Part shown: one piece after another, positions 60,035-64,000 of the stretch
Numbering within the stretch: the first letter of the stretch is position 1
Layout: every line of letters begins with the position of its first letter
Origin: Candidatus Latescibacterota bacterium
GTDB taxonomy: Bacteria > Latescibacterota > UBA2968 > UBA8231
Direction: 5' to 3'
Length of the DNA: 64,000 nucleotides
NCBI GenBank assembly: GCA_965208105.1
Contig: OZ242318.1
Span: 4,416,001 to 4,480,000, forward strand
The notes under the pieces: model-generated
Seen by the model: only the letters and a program-made list of their open reading frames with translations
Told to the model about the DNA's origin: nothing
Databases searched by the model: none
Position numbers and translations under genes: made by a program

Positions 60035-60940
60035 TCATAAGAATCTGCCCAGCACTGCGCGAATCTGCTCCTGAGGAGTACCGTCGTGGCCTTCGACCAT
60101 CGCCAGGTAGAAGGGCATACGCCATAAATCGCGCCGGTAGGAAAAGTCTTCAGCAATTGGCGACATCTCGGCGTAGGCCGAAAACAAGGCCTCCGGAACC
60201 GGTTGGAAATAGTCGACGAATGCCAGGTCAAGCTCAGGATGGCCGAAGTGGAGGTTTGGGTCGACGAACACGGGACCCTCAGGGGTGTTGAGGATGTTGT
60301 TCTGGTGCGCGTCTCCGTGCACAAGAGAGGGATCTACCCGGGGTCCGCAGATTGAATCGAGCCGGCCCGCCAGCCGCTCGACTTCCCTTGCCAAAGCGAC
60401 AGGCAAGTGTCCTTCTTCCAGGCCGTGCGCGATCCTGGGTTCGATCCAGCGTTCCCAGAAGAACGTGTTCCAACGGTCCAGTGGCCGATTGTTCTGCCGG
60501 AAATCGCCCCAGTAGCTATCCTCGTCGAAGCCGAACCTGGCCCCTTTGGCAGAATGGAGCCGTGCCAGCGAACGTCCGGCCTCTTCCCACGCTGCCTTCG
60601 TGGGCTCGACCATTTTCACGGATTTCAGGACCAATATCGCCCCATTGGGTATCAAAAGGCAGTCGACCACGGTGGGAGTCAAGACCCCAGCCATAGCAGA
60701 CATAGCCGACAAACCTACAGTCTCGCAGCGGAACTGCTCGGGTGCGTTGCTGCTACGCCCGAGTTTGGCGAATACCTCGAACTCACCGTCCGAAAGGACA
60801 GCGGCAGGATGAGCTGCCCTTTCTGCCTGGTCCTGGATCTCGCGGATATGCCATTCCCGTCCCAGATAGGTACTGACGCTGGTCTCGATCTCCTTGCGGT
60901 GATCAAGAAGTTCCTCTATCTGTGGTTCTCTTGCGCTCAT
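60035..60940 (-). CDS. Fructosamine kinase family protein
   Basis: LARLH, FGF, LVHGD...N, FVDP..FGHPELDLA. Confidence 0.88.
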   Translation of the reverse strand: MSAREPQIEELLDHRKEIETSVSTYLGREWHIREIQDQAERAAHPAAVLSDGEFEVFAKLGRSSNAPEQFRCETVGLSAMSAMAGVLTPTVVDCLLIPNGAILVLKSVKMVEPTKAAWEEAGRSLARLHSAKGARFGFDEDSYWGDFRQNNRPLDRWNTFFWERWIEPRIAHGLEEGHLPVALAREVERLAGRLDSICGPRVDPSLVHGDAHQNNILNTPEGPVFVDPNLHFGHPELDLAFVDYFQPVPEALFSAYAEMSPIAEDFSYRRDLWRMPFYLAMVEGHDGTPQEQIRAVLGRFL

Positions 60941-61423
60941 CGTTGCAAAGGATAATGGCTTAAGCGGCCTCCGAGGCCGTAACTCGTCTGCCGGTTTCCG
61001 AACCCCGAGCCTGTCGAGGGTTTGCAGTAGGTCAAGGCGCCTTGCGCCGCTGCGGCAACCGCCCCGTTATACCTCGTTATATGCAGACGGAAGTCCAATC
61101 CCCTGCTATAAGGGAAGGTCTGGAAGATGAGCGCGGACGCCTTCCCATGTGGGGTAGCTCCGCAAGACAGCTACTACTCCTGGCAGTGGATCAGACCACA
61201 CCTCTTGAAGAATTCCTTCCCCTTCAGCGGCCATAGGCCATGCCAATTTCTCGAGGGGAGGATCGAATTGGGCGTCCACCCCACTTCTGTTGCTTCTTGG
61301 ATCGATTCTGTACCATTCGAATTCAGGCAGCAGAACTGCATTCAAGTTGATCAAGGCCCATCGATGCCGGGCCCGGTCGTGTTTTAGTATTTTCCGGCCG
61401 GAAGGTTCAGGAAAGATCCCTCC

Positions 61424-61861
61424 TCAAGAAGGCCTTTCCATCTGAAGGTGTGTGGCGGTCTTTCCCACGTGCTGAAATCCATGCCTCCTGTAGAATGACA
61501 GCGCTCGGTCATTTCCATTTATTATCTGCAATCGCAATGGAACGTGTAGCTTCGCGGCCTCTTCGATCAGATGCTCCATGCAACTACTCCCAATACCCTT
61601 TCCCTGATGCTCCGGAAGAATAAAGAGCTGAAAAATCTTCAGGGCGTCCGGTGTTTTCTCTACCGAAAGAACACCAACGTCGAACCCATCCCACTGAATT
61701 ACCTGATAATCTTGTGAGCCAAACCGCGTCCGGTGCCTGGCTCTTTCGCCTTCTTCATCCCAACCCCTCACCTTCTCTGCATGTTTTCGGAACGACCGTT
61801 CTCGCACGCGGTAGCAAAACTCACAATCGGCTTCCGCTGCCCTCCTGAATCTCAAGGTCAT
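61424..61861 (-). CDS. GNAT family acetyltransferase
   Basis: PEHQGKGIG, N.RALSFYRRHGF. Confidence 0.88.
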   Translation of the reverse strand: MTLRFRRAAEADCEFCYRVRERSFRKHAEKVRGWDEEGERARHRTRFGSQDYQVIQWDGFDVGVLSVEKTPDALKIFQLFILPEHQGKGIGSSCMEHLIEEAAKLHVPLRLQIINGNDRALSFYRRHGFQHVGKTATHLQMERPS

Positions 61862-61962
61862 TCCGGAAATTCCTTCTGGTCGTCATTTACTATGATTTTA
61901 CAGTAGTGCCCGAACCGTGTTGTTACACGATTCCACTCAAAAAGCACCTCGCCACAACAGAC

Positions 61963-62715
61963 CTATCCTTGTATGGCAATTGACTTGGCAATTAAGAGTG
62001 TGGGAACGATGCTCTCTCGGCATTTCACGTTCCCATCTAAAACAGGATCGAGGGGCTCAGAGATCTCCACGAGTTGGAACCCACTGGTGGACAAGGTGTT
62101 GAGATAGGTTGAAAGGGTTCGGTGGTGGCTGCCAAGCCTTCCACACATCCCGCTCCCGTCCGAGAACCATTTGCCTTCAAGGCCATACCGAGTAACACGC
62201 AATGCCTTGAAATTACCTCCCTCGTCAAATTCTTCAGAAGGACTGTCTGCATTAAATGGTGTGAAAAAGCAGGGGTGGAGAATAGAAAAGACGAACCTTC
62301 CACCGTCGACAAGAACTCGACGGACACTGGACATTGTTGCCGATAGATCAGGTATATCCATAAGAACCATGTTACAAATCACCGCATCCAGACTTGCCTC
62401 GGATACCTGGCTCATCGACTGGGCATCGTCCAAAAAATATGTGATGTCAAGCTGACTCGAATGCTCCTTTGCATGCCGCAGCAGATTCCGAGAGATGTCC
62501 ACACCCGAAACAAGTGCCCCTCGGCTTGCAAGGATACGAGACAGATACCCATCACCACATCCCAGGTCGCAAACTTTGACCCCCTGAACATTCCCCAGCA
62601 TAGCAAGCATGATTTCTATCGATGGCTGGATATGCCTGTCCCTGTCGGGCAGGTTCTTGTCGAGCCAGTTAAAATAAAAATCGCCTGCCTTGTCATATTC
62701 GGAGTCAAATGACAT
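61963..62715 (-). CDS. Class I SAM-dependent methyltransferase
   Basis: DLGCGDG, GVDIS, FSILHP, HRTLSTY. Confidence 0.9.
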   Translation of the reverse strand: MSFDSEYDKAGDFYFNWLDKNLPDRDRHIQPSIEIMLAMLGNVQGVKVCDLGCGDGYLSRILASRGALVSGVDISRNLLRHAKEHSSQLDITYFLDDAQSMSQVSEASLDAVICNMVLMDIPDLSATMSSVRRVLVDGGRFVFSILHPCFFTPFNADSPSEEFDEGGNFKALRVTRYGLEGKWFSDGSGMCGRLGSHHRTLSTYLNTLSTSGFQLVEISEPLDPVLDGNVKCRESIVPTLLIAKSIAIQG

Positions 62716-62758
62716 ATGGAAGTCCCAGAACAATACCGAAACAAGAGGTTCAGATAAG

Positions 62759-63370
62759 CTAATCAGACCGCACCACGGCGAGGCGAACCCCCAGTGAAAT
62801 CAGGAGCCCGCCCCCAATCCGCTCAAGCAGCAAAGCTGCCCGGTTGCCGACCACAATGCCGGCACGGAAGGCTCCCAGCGCGTAGACTGCCAACGAAACA
62901 AACTCAATGACAACTGAACTGAAGCCGAGGACCAGGATTTGGGTGGGAACAGAGCGAGCCGGATCAATGAACTGTGGCAGCAGCGCCATGAAGAACACAA
63001 GTGCTTTTGGATTGGCCCCTTGGACCACAAATCCTCGGAAAAACGACCGCGCAATTACCGCGGGACAGGGGTTTTGCTCAGAGGAATTTCGCGATAGAAG
63101 CAATCGCAGCCCGAGCCATAGGAGGTAGGCTGCTCCAATCCACCTGAGGAGGATGAACAGCTCATGTGAGGCTGACAGAGCTGCTGCGACTCCGCTCGCG
63201 GACAGGGCAAAATACAGGGCATTAGCCGTCAAGACACCAAACACCGCCCCGATACTTGGACGCAGGCCACGCCTCATGGCGAGCGTGACGACCAACAAGA
63301 CGGCCGGACCTGGAGTGAAACAGAGAACAGCCTCCGTAATACAGAAAGCTATCCAGGCTTCAACCGACAT
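62759..63370 (-). CDS. LysE/RhtB family translocator
   Basis: TPGP, GAAYLLWLG, NPKALVFF..LLPQF. Confidence 0.9.
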   Translation of the reverse strand: MSVEAWIAFCITEAVLCFTPGPAVLLVVTLAMRRGLRPSIGAVFGVLTANALYFALSASGVAAALSASHELFILLRWIGAAYLLWLGLRLLLSRNSSEQNPCPAVIARSFFRGFVVQGANPKALVFFMALLPQFIDPARSVPTQILVLGFSSVVIEFVSLAVYALGAFRAGIVVGNRAALLLERIGGGLLISLGVRLAVVRSD

Positions 63371-63519
63371 TATACTTAAAAGGGTCCATCAGGCTACGAC
63401 GATGTCGCCCCTCTTGATCGAATCGAACCAAAATGAGATGATCTTTCCTTTTTCATTGGAGCAAACAGGCTGGAAATTAACCCCCCTTGGACGGACCCTT
63501 TATAGTTCCCGTCGCACAC

Positions 63520-64000
63520 TCATGGCCTGACAAGCTCAATGACCATGAGGAATGGAACATTATGCCATTTGCTCCGAGGATTACCGGGGTCGTCCGTATG
63601 GGGAGGGAGATCCACCAATGTGCGCAGAAGCAGGCCGTTTTCTCGGAAAGCGTCGATATACTCGGCCATGGTTCTATGGTAGTAATACACCTTAACGCCT
63701 GCATTGGCCATTCCCTGGTAAAGCACAGAGGTTCCAGATTGGAAATAGCTTGAGGCTTTCTCCCGAAATACCGCGGAATATGGGTTGTTCAGTGAGAAAA
63801 TCAACCGCCCTCCTGGCTTCGTAACCGATGCAAGAGTCCGAATGAATCCTTTGTAATCTGGCACGTCATTTAGCACATAGTTGCTGACTACAAGGTCGAA
63901 TCGGCCCTTGAAGTCAGGCAGCGGCTGGCTAAGATCAGCCACTCGAAAATCGATCTGCCCTTCAGGATCCTTGCTTCTACCGATTTCGACCAGCGGCTTC
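63520..64000 (-). CDS. Class I SAM-dependent methyltransferase (5' truncated by window edge)
   Basis: FDLVVSNYVL, KPGGRLIFS, YHRT. Confidence 0.8.
   Translation of the reverse strand, partial: KPLVEIGRSKDPEGQIDFRVADLSQPLPDFKGRFDLVVSNYVLNDVPDYKGFIRTLASVTKPGGRLIFSLNNPYSAVFREKASSYFQSGTSVLYQGMANAGVKVYYYHRTMAEYIDAFRENGLLLRTLVDLPPHTDDPGNPRSKWHNVPFLMVIELVRP

Larger units (their letters stand above)
48431..64000 (-). mobile_element. Co-oriented array of small accessory genes resembling a degenerate integron cassette array (no intI in window)
   Basis: ~20 unrelated minus-strand ORFs, visibly lower GC, scattered AAC/GTT box remnants at junctions. Confidence 0.5.

Noticed and set aside
1-64000. tRNA (including selC), rRNA, integrase or transposase genes
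   Set aside because: None recognised by eye; a tRNAscan/Rfam run would be needed to exclude them formally.

Overview
This is a GC-rich bacterial chromosome window. Secreted proteins ending in a 'QNxPNPFN' FlgD-Ig tail, WD40 proteins and PhyH paralogues suggest an FCB-group organism such as Latescibacterota/Handelsmanbacteria (inference only). Core genes include galE, purL, hisI, purA, apgM, recJ, rsmB, rpe, ffh-rpsP-rimM-trmD-rplS, panE, a csp gene and purF. The strongest hidden signal is a 551-codon UGSC-type selenoprotein (19204-20859, minus strand). The ORF track splits it in two at an in-frame TGA (G-H-U-S-T-C), and a SECIS-like hairpin follows the TGA. It heads an uncharacterised catabolic operon: LysR, SDR, short MetE-like Zn enzyme, Cys-rich unknown protein, beta-propeller hydrolase, Gfo/Idh/MocA, MmsA/IolA and a TIM-barrel isomerase. 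Other features: (1) a ~1550-aa metzincin-WD40-Ig-FlgD gene broken by three single-base frameshifts; (2) a 168-bp CTAG-flanked MITE in two full copies and one partial copy; (3) six repeated GTAG-N3/4-CTAC mini-hairpins in the csp leader; (4) a catalytically dead L,D-transpeptidase paralogue near an active one; (5) an HxG-type PhyH protein, a possible halogenase; (6) from ~48.4 kb to the window end, a visibly less GC-rich array of ~20 small co-oriented genes resembling a decayed integron cassette array.
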